A stretch of 64,000 nucleotides of DNA from Eledone cirrhosa (taxonomy: Eukaryota). Made by a program: the position numbers and the translations under genes. Below are positions 57,601 to 64,000 of this stretch, one piece after another. The stretch lies in assembly GCA_964016885.1 (NCBI GenBank), contig OZ024755.1, forward strand, positions 42,470,001-42,534,000, written 5' to 3'. Each line of letters opens with the position of its first letter. Position 1 is the first letter of the stretch. The notes under the pieces are model-generated. The model made no database searches. It saw nothing but the letters and a program-made list of their open reading frames with translations, and was not told the origin of the DNA.

Positions 57601-57739
57601 ACTATAAAAGCAAAGTATTCTTATTAAAAACATAAACATAAAAATGTAAGATGTTTTGCAGTCCCAATTAGTTCCCCGTAAACAGGAAACTGTTTCCTAC
57701 CAATACAATTCATGAAAGATATTTTAACTTACCAGCCAT
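2959..57739 (-). CDS. Gelsolin-like (severin/fragmin-type, probably 3-domain) actin-binding protein; spliced gene, 3'-partial. Exons: 57739-57733, 49523-49443, 42460-42387, 40436-40362, 19877-19806, 17571-17444, 15386-15278, 11125-11015, 3730-3647, 3041-2959
   Basis: Manual splicing gives an uninterrupted 274-codon frame: [274 protein letters not shown]. It carries gelsolin motifs GLQIWRI, FYNGDSY, HFWIG..SSQDE, QHREVQG and DDVFILD. All introns are GT-AG and phases are consistent. Confidence 0.95.
3092..3330 (-). mobile_element. Two short RTE 3'-end fragments separated by (TA)n
   Basis: (CAT)n tail followed by TTTAACGTCTATCTTCCAC.CTAGCATGGGTTAGAC, as at other RTE 3' ends in the window. Confidence 0.75.
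3647..3730 (-). CDS. Gelsolin-like coding exon 9 ([28 protein letters not shown])
   Basis: ttttag acceptor, gtaagt donor, 84 nt; continues the G2 helix in phase 0. Confidence 0.88.
3923..4236. mobile_element. hAT-type MITE
   Basis: Imperfect TIRs (G)AGTGGTTTCCAA / TTGGGAATCACTG, with an 8-bp direct repeat CTCCAGGG on both sides (3915-3922, 4237-4244). Confidence 0.75.
4392..4585 (+). mobile_element. tRNA-derived SINE (family S1)
   Basis: A-box-like head, B box GAGTTCAAATCC, and body GAGGTTAACTTTGCCTTTCATCC..GGGTCGATAAAATAAAGTACCAGT shared with several other copies. Confidence 0.85.
5226..5407 (-). mobile_element. SINE S1 with 18-bp target-site duplication
   Basis: Reverse complement of the 4392 copy; AAACACCATCTTAATAAT on both flanks (5208-5225, 5408-5425). 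Confidence 0.88.
6037..7255 (+). mobile_element. Decayed LINE APE-endonuclease fragment (RTE-like) containing a 45-bp in-frame tandem array
   Basis: Translates VYVPN..EY..FLDEV...IILMGD..THVG...NGEALLDFC...INTFFQH..IHK.TW...IDFIIVS....[14 protein letters not shown] with in-frame stops. Confidence 0.85.
6258..7065 (+). repeat. 45-bp minisatellite (~18 copies) encoding [15 protein letters not shown]
   Basis: Unit GGAGAGGCCTTGCTAGACTTCTGTTCTAGTAATGGAATCTCTATT. Confidence 0.95.
7547..9028 (+). mobile_element. piggyBac-like MITE (family M1) with its left 42 bp amplified ~23 times
   Basis: Unit TTAACCCTTTAGTATTTACATTACTCTATATATACTATTGTA over 7543-8861; then MITE body ending AAAGGG-TTAA at 9028-9032. 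Matches the intact copy at 17211. Confidence 0.85.
7840..8179 (+). mobile_element. 5'-truncated RTE-A copy inserted in the 42-bp array
   Basis: ORF end [26 protein letters not shown], 3'UTR and (GAT)n tail, nearly identical to 44380-44770. Confidence 0.9.
9065..9265 (+). mobile_element. Degenerate SINE S1
   Basis: TTCTGAGTTCAATCCC, GGGTCGATAAAAT..TACCAGT and AAAAGTAGAAA motifs. Confidence 0.65.
9418..10771 (+). mobile_element. Non-autonomous Helitron-like element
   Basis: Starts TC after host A and ends CTAG before host T; no TSD; subterminal degenerate hairpin CCTGTGCAATGCCGGG; TCTATACATATATATAAAA 5' end followed by a (GT)n tract. Confidence 0.72.
9697..10105 (-). mobile_element. RTE-C 3'UTR fragment with an internal ~100-bp duplication, nested in the Helitron
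   Basis: (CAT)n tail; same sequence as 23126-23410. Confidence 0.85.
11015..11125 (-). CDS. Gelsolin-like coding exon 8 ([37 protein letters not shown])
   Basis: tttcag acceptor, gtaata donor, 111 nt; LN..DVFILD.G motif. Confidence 0.95.
11560..11802. mobile_element. Small TA-associated repeat bounded by 19-bp inverted ends
   Basis: GTTATACTTTGGGAGGGTC ... GACCCTCCCAAAGTATAAC; related sequence at ~18907-19065 and a similar end at ~48550-48568. Confidence 0.55.
11924..12263 (+). mobile_element. tRNA-derived SINE (family S2) with RTE-derived 3' tail
   Basis: A box TGGCTTAGTGG, B box GAGTTCAATTC, central TGTTTCCTTGAGCAAGACACTTTA domain, RTE 3'UTR, (ATG)n tail; inserted in (TA)n. Confidence 0.88.
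12326..13690 (+). repeat. Compound minisatellite AGGTGTGAGCTGT + variable (CA)n
   Basis: Constant 13-bp core separated only by CA runs of variable length. Confidence 0.95.
13697..13860 (+). mobile_element. SINE S1 lacking its 5' A-box region
   Basis: GGGTCGGACGCCATGC..GAGTTCAAATCCCGCC..GGGTCGATAAAATAAAGTACCAGT. Confidence 0.85.
14117..14782. mobile_element. (TA)n-flanked element with ~178-bp inverted arms (14197-14374 / 14604-14782); possible Penelope-like remnant
   Basis: Arms are reverse complements with scattered mismatches; the left 80 bp recurs next to (TA)n at 48618-48700. The PLE assignment is inference. Confidence 0.55.
14793..15144 (-). mobile_element. SINE S2, inverted copy of 11924-12263
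   Basis: About 10 differences over ~330 bp by eye; flanked by (TA)n. Confidence 0.88.
15278..15386 (-). CDS. Gelsolin-like coding exon 7 ([36 protein letters not shown])
   Basis: ttctag acceptor, gtaagt donor, 109 nt; G1-G2 linker GG..GF.HV and RLL. Confidence 0.95.
15595..16698 (+). mobile_element. SINE S1-like element whose A-box region is amplified as a 29-bp array (~34 copies, 15604-16589)
   Basis: Unit TGGTAGAGTGGTTAGAACGTCAGATAGAA; single B box GAGTTCAAATCC at 16616-16627, followed by the SINE body. Confidence 0.88.
17211..17421 (+). mobile_element. Intact piggyBac-like MITE M1
   Basis: TTAA on both flanks; TIR CCCTTTAGCATTTA / TAAATGCTAAAGGA. Confidence 0.85.
17444..17571 (-). CDS. 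Gelsolin-like coding exon 6 ([42 protein letters not shown])
   Basis: tttcaag acceptor, gtaagt donor, 128 nt; G1 long actin-binding helix and QHREVQG. Confidence 0.96.
17760..18646 (-). mobile_element. Internally deleted mariner transposon with 103-bp TIRs
   Basis: TA flanks; TIRs at 17760-17862 and 18544-18646. Transposase [38 protein letters not shown] joins directly to the C-terminal GTRFEDV..NFEG. Confidence 0.92.
18652..18897 (-). mobile_element. RTE-B 3' fragment
   Basis: (CAT)n tail; homologous to 51792-52020. Confidence 0.8.
19806..19877 (-). CDS. Gelsolin-like coding exon 5 ([24 protein letters not shown])
   Basis: ctgtag acceptor, gtaag donor, 72 nt; YDVHFWIG motif. Confidence 0.95.
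20391..20550 (-). mobile_element. Short RTE 3' fragment at the left edge of the satellite
   Basis: (CAT)n, GCATGGGTTAGACGGG, GCTGGATGCCCTTCCTAACACCAACC. Confidence 0.78.
23126..24160 (-). mobile_element. 5'-truncated RTE-C LINE (RT C-terminus + 3'UTR), copy 1
   Basis: [48 protein letters not shown]; (CAT)n tail. Confidence 0.92.
33616..34656 (-). mobile_element. 5'-truncated RTE-C LINE, copy 2 (duplicate of 23126-24160)
   Basis: Same truncation point and identical 192-aa ORF, offset 10,496 bp. Confidence 0.92.
39867..40258 (-). mobile_element. Decayed, internally deleted RTE fragment
   Basis: [22 protein letters not shown] plus 3'UTR repeats ACAGTGTGGACTGG. Confidence 0.75.
40362..40436 (-). 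CDS. Gelsolin-like coding exon 4 ([25 protein letters not shown])
   Basis: tttcag acceptor, gtatgt donor, 75 nt; YG.FY.GDSYI motif. Confidence 0.95.
41530..41920 (+). mobile_element. RTE-related 3'UTR with ~5 diverged ~39-bp subrepeats
   Basis: CAGTCCACCC.GTAAGG repeats, GGAAGGGCATC.AGCTGTAGAAA, GGACATTAAACGATGATG tail. Confidence 0.65.
42387..42460 (-). CDS. Gelsolin-like coding exon 3 ([24 protein letters not shown])
   Basis: ttcag acceptor, gtaagg donor, 74 nt; EPAW..AG...GLQIWRI motif. Confidence 0.95.
42705..43182. mobile_element. Tail-to-tail pair of RTE 3' fragments (+ 42705-42920; - 42924-43182)
   Basis: (GAT)n and (CAT)n tails abut at ~42920. Confidence 0.8.
43775..44379 (-). mobile_element. 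Decayed CR1-type LINE 3' portion
   Basis: Minus frames give [20 protein letters not shown] and GHAYKV....[20 protein letters not shown], the CR1 ORF2 C-terminal pattern; ATT-rich tail. Confidence 0.78.
44380..48300 (-). mobile_element. Near full-length RTE-type LINE (RTE-A): APE endonuclease, RT with inserted PHD finger; disabled
   Basis: One ancestral ORF ~47812-44691: [30 protein letters not shown]; [37 protein letters not shown]. Three TGA stops (47075, 46643, 45252) and a frameshift near 45730; (GAT)n tail. The 5' boundary is approximate. Confidence 0.93.
48703..49020 (-). mobile_element. CR1-type RT fragment, upstream continuation of 43775-44379
   Basis: QTDL..MQQW..WQL....KC..MHFG and [28 protein letters not shown].....IYLK. 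Confidence 0.78.
49030..49420 (+). mobile_element. Fragments of a second AT-rich TTAA-ended MITE family (M2); related pieces at ~15410-15590, 41140-41520, 41930-42110, 43190-43380, 43540-43775, 60170-60545, 60870-60990 and 63780-63960
   Basis: Shared motifs TATGTAAGAACCTTTGTTAAGTTATGTTCCAAAC, CTAAATCC.TCCAAATTCTT and AGAAATATGGTAA.AAAAGGGTTAA. Confidence 0.6.
49443..49523 (-). CDS. Gelsolin-like coding exon 2 ([27 protein letters not shown])
   Basis: tttacag acceptor, gtaagt donor, 81 nt; WKDSNLA.FGSD is the N-terminal motif of short invertebrate gelsolins. Confidence 0.93.
49860..50050 (+). mobile_element. 3' end of another RTE subfamily
   Basis: [27 protein letters not shown]...WRD; (GAT)n tail. 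Confidence 0.75.
50112..51101 (-). mobile_element. 5'-truncated RTE-A copy
   Basis: Colinear with 44380-45377; inserted in (TA)n. Confidence 0.92.
51535..53190 (+). repeat. ~33-34-bp minisatellite (51535-51791 and 53101-53190) interrupted by RTE-B
   Basis: Unit TTTAAA(A)TT(A/G)CCTGCCATTGGACCTG(A/G)TCTAGG on both sides of the insertion. Confidence 0.88.
51792..53100 (-). mobile_element. 5'-truncated RTE-B LINE with RT and PHD finger
   Basis: [41 protein letters not shown]; frameshift near 52400; (CAT)n tail. Confidence 0.92.
53249..53735. repeat. 11-bp tandem repeat TTCAAA(T/A/G)ATAC, ~44 copies in homogeneous variant blocks
   Basis: Direct inspection. Confidence 0.95.
54030..54888 (+). mobile_element. 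SINE S1-like element with its head amplified as a 34-bp array (~22 copies, 54040-54788)
   Basis: Unit CTGAGTCTTTAGAACCTTAG(G/A)TAGAATGGTATAC, preceded by GCAAACTGG and followed by B box GAGTTCAAATCC (54804-54815) and the SINE body. Confidence 0.85.
55238..55595. repeat. (ACC/AAC)n compound trinucleotide repeat
   Basis: Direct inspection. Confidence 0.92.
56635..57150 (+). mobile_element. Decayed fragment of a restriction-like-endonuclease non-LTR retrotransposon (CRE-like)
   Basis: [16 protein letters not shown]....[32 protein letters not shown] matches the H..L....L..AG....EP.GL.R..GKRPDG.T......G..L.WD.T REL pattern as I recall it. Confidence 0.7.
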
Positions 57740-57776
57740 CTTGCAAATTTAAACTTCTTGTTTTCTGTTATAAGAC
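57733..57776 (-). CDS. Gelsolin-like first coding exon (5'UTR + ATG GCT G)
   Basis: Poly-T tract and AG acceptor at 57777-57778; ATG at 57739; GTAAG donor. Its phase 1 joins the next exon to give M-A-G-L-V-K. Confidence 0.8.
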
Positions 57777-57804
57777 CTAAAAAAAAAAATTTAATCACAA
57801 TTAA

Positions 57805-58477
57805 GTCACAATTAAATCATAATTTATGAGTGAGCTGCTCAACATTACCAAACTGAGACCAATTACATCAATTGTCAAGTCAAGAGTACTCAAACTATAC
57901 GGCCAAATAAAAAGATCAACTCATGGTGTGAATAAGTTATGCCTGGAAGGAAGGTTGGCTGGTAAGAGAAGCAGAGGTCCGCAGCCAAAACGATGGCTTG
58001 ATAATATCAACTTATGGACTGGACTTGATCTTTGCTCTTTGAACTGGTGATGATACTTTGTGGAGAGAGATATCACATGTTAATGCGCAGTCTGCAACTA
58101 GCAGGGTTATTGAACTTTGTGGACAGAGATATCACATGTTGATGCGCAGTCTGCAACTGGCAGAGTTATTGAACTTTGTGGACAGAGATATCACATGTTA
58201 ATGCGCAGTCTGCAACTGGCAGAGTTATTGAACTTTGTGGACAGAGATATCACATGTTGATGCGCAGTCTGCAACTGGCAGAGTTATTGAACTTTGTGGA
58301 CAGAGATATCACATGTTGATGCGCAGTCTGCAACTGGCAGAGTTATTGAACTTTGTGGACAGAGATATCACATGTTGATGCGCAGTCTGCAACTGGCAGA
58401 GTTATTGAACTTTGTGGACAGAGATATCACATGTTGATGCGCACTCTGCAACTGGCAGAGTTTAGCGTCACAAGAGA
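57805..58477 (+). mobile_element. 5'-truncated RTE-like LINE end with a 59-bp tandem array (~7 copies, 58056-58462)
   Basis: LKLYGQIKR...LEGRLAGKRSRGPQPKRWLDNI; AATCACAATTAA on both flanks (57793-57804, 58478-58489) as a candidate TSD. Confidence 0.75.
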
Positions 58478-59009
58478 AATCACAATTAAATAATTGTATT
58501 AATTGTTTGCTGAAAGAAGATAACCATGAGAATAGTTTGATGGATGAGCAGAATATTGGAGAGAGAGGGGAAGAATCTTATTTGCTTCCAGAAGCTCATC
58601 ACTGTTTCATTTGATAAATATTGGCATCTTTCTACTTATTCCAGGTGAATTTGTGTTTTTCATTTATCTGGAATTATCACTGCATACTGGATGACCTCCC
58701 TATGAAAGAGTAAATAAGAGAGTCTCTAAGGAGGTTACTGAACCTCCTAGAAATAGTAGCCAAATATTTCTCAAACCATGACTTGTAGTCCTAAAAAAGG
58801 ACACATTGGATAATATGGTTCACAGTGAATTGTGAAAGTGGGATGGTCACACCTGGAATGCCTTTGATCACATATCTCTTCAATTAGAACTAACTGGAGG
58901 TTAAGCAGAATTAATGACAATATAAAAGAATCAGTAGCAGATCACCAGATCCTTTATGACACTGCTGTGATTTATGGTTTGGCTATTACAGAGAAAAGTT
59001 ATTGGTCCA

Positions 59010-59250
59010 CCAATGGTAAAGCTTGCAATCAATGTCATGGATTCAATTCTTGGGTTGTGTGTTGTGTTCTTGAGCCAAACACTTCATTTTACGTTGCTCC
59101 AATATACTCAGCTGAAAATAAGTACCAGCAATAGCTGGAGGGTTTTAACTCTCTGATGGACTGGCGTCCTGTTCAGGAAATGGCAGGTCCAGTACACTCA
59201 GTTGTTTCACAGACACTGGGATAAGCACTGGCCTGATGAGCTTGAGACAG
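59010..59250 (+). mobile_element. Degenerate SINE sharing the S2 central domain but with a different tail
   Basis: GTGTTGTGTTCTTGAGCCAAACACTTCATTTTACGTTGCTCCA...CTCAGCTG, then GATGGACTGGCGTCCTGTTCAGG...GGCCTGATGAGC. Confidence 0.65.
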
Positions 59251-59448
59251 GCTTGAGATATTTCTTTTAAACCACAATATAAGATATGATTCATTTAGTG
59301 TTGATAGTAGGCAGGACCCACTGCAAAGAGTGTTTGAGGTCTCTTCCCCCACGACCCTCTCAGGAGGCAAAGAAGAAGTGGAGGAAGAAGTGAATTAGCA
59401 GAATCATTAAAACAGCAGATTAAAAGCCTCAGAATTTGTCTGGCTTAC

Positions 59449-59603
59449 TCATCATCATCAACATTTTACGTCCGTTTTTCCACACTAGTATGGGTTAGAT
59501 GGGTTGTCCTGTTGTGGGCAATGCCTAGGTCAGGTGACCTTGTCTTGCTCATACAGAACTGATTCTGGCTTGATTTCTACAGCTGGATGTCCTTCCTAAC
59601 ACC
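59449..59603 (-). mobile_element. RTE-A 3'-end fragment
   Basis: (CAT)n, TTTTACGTCCG, CTACAGCTGGATG.CCTTCCTAACACC. Confidence 0.8.
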
Positions 59604-60236
59604 ATGCCCTTACTGTACTCTAAATTCAAATCTGACCAAGGTCAACTTTGCTTTTCATTTTTGGGGGGTCAATAAATAAAGTACCAGTCCTGGGACTGTG
59701 GTAAAGAGTCAGATAGGATGCTTGGCAGTATTTGAGTTCAAATCCTGCATCATCCTGGCAAGCTGTGACTTGAATAGTATCAGCTTTGAAAAGACCAATG
59801 GAAATATTGTTTTCTTAGTCTGATCTGACTATTAGCTACTTTGTTTTTATTTATGATAAGTGCAGCAAATTGAGGACTATAGCTGCTTTGTTTCAAGCCA
59901 CATTTCAGTGTTATGGCCAGACAAAGGAATTACTGTTAATATATGTAGTACATAAAAAAAGCTTTCTTTTTTCCTCCCCCAAACTGGTCAGCATAGTTAA
60001 GTATGACATGGTTTGGTTATATTTAGAGAGAAAGTAAGAAACTCTCATTATCCTGTTTTGTGTATTAATGGATTATTTATCAGTTGTCTGTACAATCCTT
60101 TTCATACGAAGCTGCTTGAAACTGTTCTGGGCTTTACTCTACAAAACTATTTCAAATTGTTTATGCTTATCTAAAACCTCCCATCATAACTTTATATAAA
60201 AACCTTTGTTAATTTATGTTCCAAACACAAGCTTAA

Positions 60237-60447
60237 CCTTTTAGCATTTAAACCAGCCATATCTGGCCAGAATTTTCTCACCTCTTTCTGTTCAAACCAG
60301 CTGTAACTGGCCACTCATACTGATTGTTCTCAAAATATATAGTATCAAAATCTCGTAGATTCGATATTATGTGAGGCAATTATGTAAAATAAAGACTTTA
60401 CCATGAAAATACAATAGTATATATAGAGTAATGTAAATGCTAAAGGG
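60237..60447 (-). mobile_element. piggyBac-like MITE M1 inserted at a TTAA within an M2 copy
   Basis: TTAA flanks; reverse complement of 17211-17421. Confidence 0.85.
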
Positions 60448-61177
60448 TTAATGAGAGAGTTATTTTACTAAATCCTCCAAATTCTTATTTTCAATATTAT
60501 TTGAAAATTCTAAGTATCATCTTTTATTAGAAATATGGTAAGAAAAGTGTTATGCTACTGGTAAGAAACTGATATTTCTGCAAGGAGTATAACTCTTTAT
60601 CAGCATAGGTAACTGTATATATTTCTTCTGAGAGCAGTGTTATCTGAGGTTTACATTCTAGTAGAACTTTGAAATGGTGTCTGGTGACAATTTTCTCATA
60701 ACTATATGGGCTAGTGTACATTCTGAGAATAAATATGAAATTTATATGAAACCATTATAAACTTTTGTTTCAATAGAACATATTTGTATCCCTTCCAGAG
60801 CTTTCTCTCACGATTTGTTACAATGGTTTGACTGGACACAAACTATGATTTTCAAATAAGTTTTAAATTGATAAAGAAATTAAAGGATTAGGGTTAGGGA
60901 AAATAACTTTCACGTTATTAAGCTGGTGTCTGAAATATAACTTAAAGGTTGTTGTATGAAGTTATGATGGAAATTTTTTAGATAAACAGCTTTTATCATT
61001 GCATGGTCCCATAACTCCTGAGGGAGTGGTAAGGGTGTTGTATTAATATAAGGTATTTCTAGGGCAGTTTAACACATGGTAAAGCCCATCTCCTCTCCAG
61101 GTCTGAATACAACAAATGTCTTCCAGAGAAGGATAGAGCGTGAGAATGGAAATGAGAGAGAGGTATAGAGGAAGAAT

Positions 61178-61310
61178 TGACACCAGTACTTGACTGGTAC
61201 TTTTTTTTAATTGACCTCCAATGGGTGAAAGGTTAAGTTAAACTTGGCAGGATTTAGACTCAGAGCTGAAACAAATACCACAAAACAGTCTATCTAATGT
61301 TCTAACTCTG
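61178..61310 (-). mobile_element. Degenerate SINE S1-like copy
   Basis: CCAGTACTTGACTGGTACTTT..TGAAAGG..GGATTTAGACTCAGAG. Confidence 0.65.
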
Positions 61311-61422
61311 TCGCAATAGAACCAGCAGCAATTTCAGGCAGTTTCATATCAAAAGGGTGAAACAAATTTCTCCAATTTCATATTGATAGAAATGAGAGAT
61401 ACTGAATATTGCATAACTAAAG

Positions 61423-61607
61423 ATAATTGTTTCTACTTTTGGCACTAGGCCAGCAATTATCCCAGTACATTACTGGTACTTTATTTTATTGACCCCGTAA
61501 GGATGAAATGCAAAGTGAACCTCGACGGGATTTGAACTCAGACCATAAAGGAGCGTAACTCTATGCTGCAAAGCATGATGTCTGACCTTATACCAATACT
61601 GCCAATC
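61423..61607 (-). mobile_element. SINE S1
   Basis: Colinear with 5226-5407. Confidence 0.85.
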
Positions 61608-62320
61608 AAAGCTAATAACTGTAACAGAACTGTCAAATATCACTTTTATTAAACAACAATTACATAACAGATAATATATAAACTACATGTTTTCAGCCTG
61701 TACCAGTTGTAGACAAGGTTTTTAGTACTGTTGGCAGCTTGCCCTATTGAAGTATCAGGTGATGCTCATGAAGGTACTTGGCTATTTCAGTTCCTCAGCA
61801 ATGCTGTGAGTGTCTTGGCTTGCCTCTAAACTTTTTACAAGGAAATACTAGCATTCTCTGTTGTGTAAGCATGTCATCTTTTATATTTTTTCTGATTAAT
61901 TTCTATTGGAAATTATATTCATAAATTGAGTTTTATATGTAAATTGAGTTTTATATGCCCCCCCCCCCCCAAACAGTGAATATTTCCTTCTACAAACTAG
62001 TGATGCGTGCAACAGATTGAGCACTAAACTGCTCCAGTTTACAACAACACACTAGTGTTGATATTAATACTATCACACAAATAAAACTACTATTAATATA
62101 CATAGTTAATAAAGAAGCTTCCTTCTTCCTTTTTCTCCAATTTCATATTGGGCTGCTCTGTTGTGAGCTACTATCAACAACCATTCCTGACATTCCAATT
62201 TTGTTAATTCAACCTAATTAGTCATTAAATATCTACTCTTCTCTTTGATATACTAGATCTAAACAACAATTGTATGGGTGAAGGGCAGCAATATACATAT
62301 TAAGTACAAATACTGCAGTA

Positions 62321-62989
62321 CAGTGAATCTTCACTTATCCGGACGGTCAAAACCAAACAGTTAGAAAAAGATCCGGTTAAGTGAAATATCCGGATAAGTG
62401 AATTCTAAAATCCCATTGTTACATAATGCTCATGGTTTCTAATGTTTTGGCTTCTTTTAGTCAAAATAAAAGACAAATGCTAAGTAAAGAAAGTTTATTA
62501 GAATAACAAAAGAACAGCTAGAATTTATAAGAAAATTAATTAAACAAACATAAGAATAACTAAAAACTTGGTAAAACTGAATTGAGTCAAACCATAAAAA
62601 GTTAGTACTTTTTTAAAAATGAATAAATAGAAGTTTGTTTTCGCGCCGAAGCTCATCGTTCCGCTACCATTTCCCGCTACCATTTCCACACAACAGCTGA
62701 ACGGTCAACCACCTCCCCCATGTTCATTGCACGTAAACATGGAATCATTCCCGTGTCCTCTTTTCCGATGAAATCCCGCAGCAATTGTTTTCTGTAAATC
62801 CTCTTTAGTGTCTCCAAACCTCCCTGGTCCATTGGCTGAATAAGTGAGGTAACGTTCGCCCGAAGAAATGCTGCCCGAATCTGTCCATCTGCCAAAATCA
62901 AGTCCTCCTCATCCGGAGGTAGTATAGAAATAGCCGTCCGGTAAATCGAATTTCGGAAAAGTGATATCCAGATAAGCGAAGATGCACTG
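62321..62989 (-). mobile_element. Deleted pogo/Tigger-type DNA transposon
   Basis: TA flanks; TIR CAGTGAATCTTCACTTATCCGGA / TCCAGATAAGCGAAGATGCACTG; transposase remnant FLRANVTSLIQPMDQG...LKRIYRK. Confidence 0.88.
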
Positions 62990-63423
62990 TACTTGTATCT
63001 GTGTTCACCCAGGATGCACTGTACTTGTATCTGTGTTCACCCAGGATGCGCTGAACCATCTCCAGTTTGTGAATTCATAGCACCACAAACAAATGCCACC
63101 CATACACGGCAATCACAGATATCGAACATGAATATTATCAGCCACAATTTCAACAGTAGACACTGCAAAGAACCACATATTAGCTTAAGATCACGCTAAT
63201 GCCCATTTTCAACTGTCCACATTGCTGTTTACGCTGCCCTGTGAAGGGCTGTAGCACAACTACATCATGGATGAATTCATTCATCTCATGTGTGACGATG
63301 TAGGCACTTTTTCAGTTGTTGGAAGGAAAGAATCTGGCAGCAAAGATGAATTTCAGAGTTTCACACAAAATCCAAAGCTCGGACACGGCAGAAAGGAAAC
63401 TGGTCCAAAACATCCATAAATCT

Positions 63424-63608
63424 GTCACTGACTGTCTACATTTCACGTCACTCTGACCATGTCACTCTGACTGGCTACATTTCATGTCACTCTGACTGGC
63501 TACATTTCATGTCACTCTGACTGGCTACATTTCATGTCACTCTGACTGGCTACATTTCACGTCACTCTGACCATGTCACTCTGACTGGCTACATTTCATG
63601 TCACTCTG
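63424..63608. repeat. 25-bp minisatellite GTCACTCTGACTGGCTACATTTCA(T/C)
   Basis: About 6 copies plus partial units. Confidence 0.9.
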
Positions 63609-64000
63609 TGGTGTTAATGCTAGACAGAGAAGGTGGTGTTAATGAATGATTGATAGATCATAGCTGGCTTTGTAATATGGCGGATACAGAAAGAGATATT
63701 CTAGGTAAACACTATAGGGTCTTGCATGAATATATTGAGTGGGAAAAACTTTTAGGTAAATATAAATTAAATGTGTTTGTATTTATCTAAAATCCTTCCA
63801 TCATAATTTTGTGTAAGAACCTTTTTTAAGTTATGGTCCAAACAACAGCCTAAGAAATTTAGTTATATTACTAAATCCTTCCAAATTCTTGTTTATTTTC
63901 AAAATTAATTGCATATCCTAAGCAGTGTCTTTTATTAGAAATATGGGAACAAAATGGTTAAGTTAATGCTTGGAATACAAGAAAAGTTTCTTAGACAACA

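Noticed and set aside
59232-59260. CTGATGAG hammerhead core
   Set aside because: No GAAA or closing stems follow; it is the tail of a degenerate SINE.
60887-60899. TTAGGG telomeric repeat
   Set aside because: Only two copies, which is expected by chance.
58490-64000. Promoter or non-coding first exon of the gelsolin-like gene
   Set aside because: One must exist upstream of the acceptor at 57777, but I could not support any specific site from sequence alone.

Overview
This is eukaryotic, repeat-dominated DNA, most likely from a cephalopod (octopod); that call is an inference from the SINE/RTE repertoire and the TA/CA-rich introns. Most of the window is one minus-strand gene, a short invertebrate gelsolin/severin-type actin-binding protein. 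I reconstructed ten coding exons with canonical GT-AG sites and matching phases, from the ATG at 57739 down to 2959 (824 nt); the rest of the gene presumably lies left of the window. The introns contain a ~19.5 kb TA-rich satellite with a ~10.5 kb duplication and a near full-length but disabled RTE-type LINE with a PHD finger inside its RT. They also hold many 5'-truncated RTE copies, tRNA-derived SINEs, CR1 and REL-type LINE fragments, deleted mariner and pogo/Tigger elements, piggyBac-like and hAT MITEs, and a Helitron. The most notable patterns are: minisatellites repeatedly born from functional parts of TEs (three from the SINE Pol III A-box region); two hammerhead-ribozyme-shaped folds with atypical cores; a mosaic SINE present as a near-identical inverted pair; and a covarying RTE 3' stem-loop. 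The long Y/I/H-rich ORFs are satellite artefacts.
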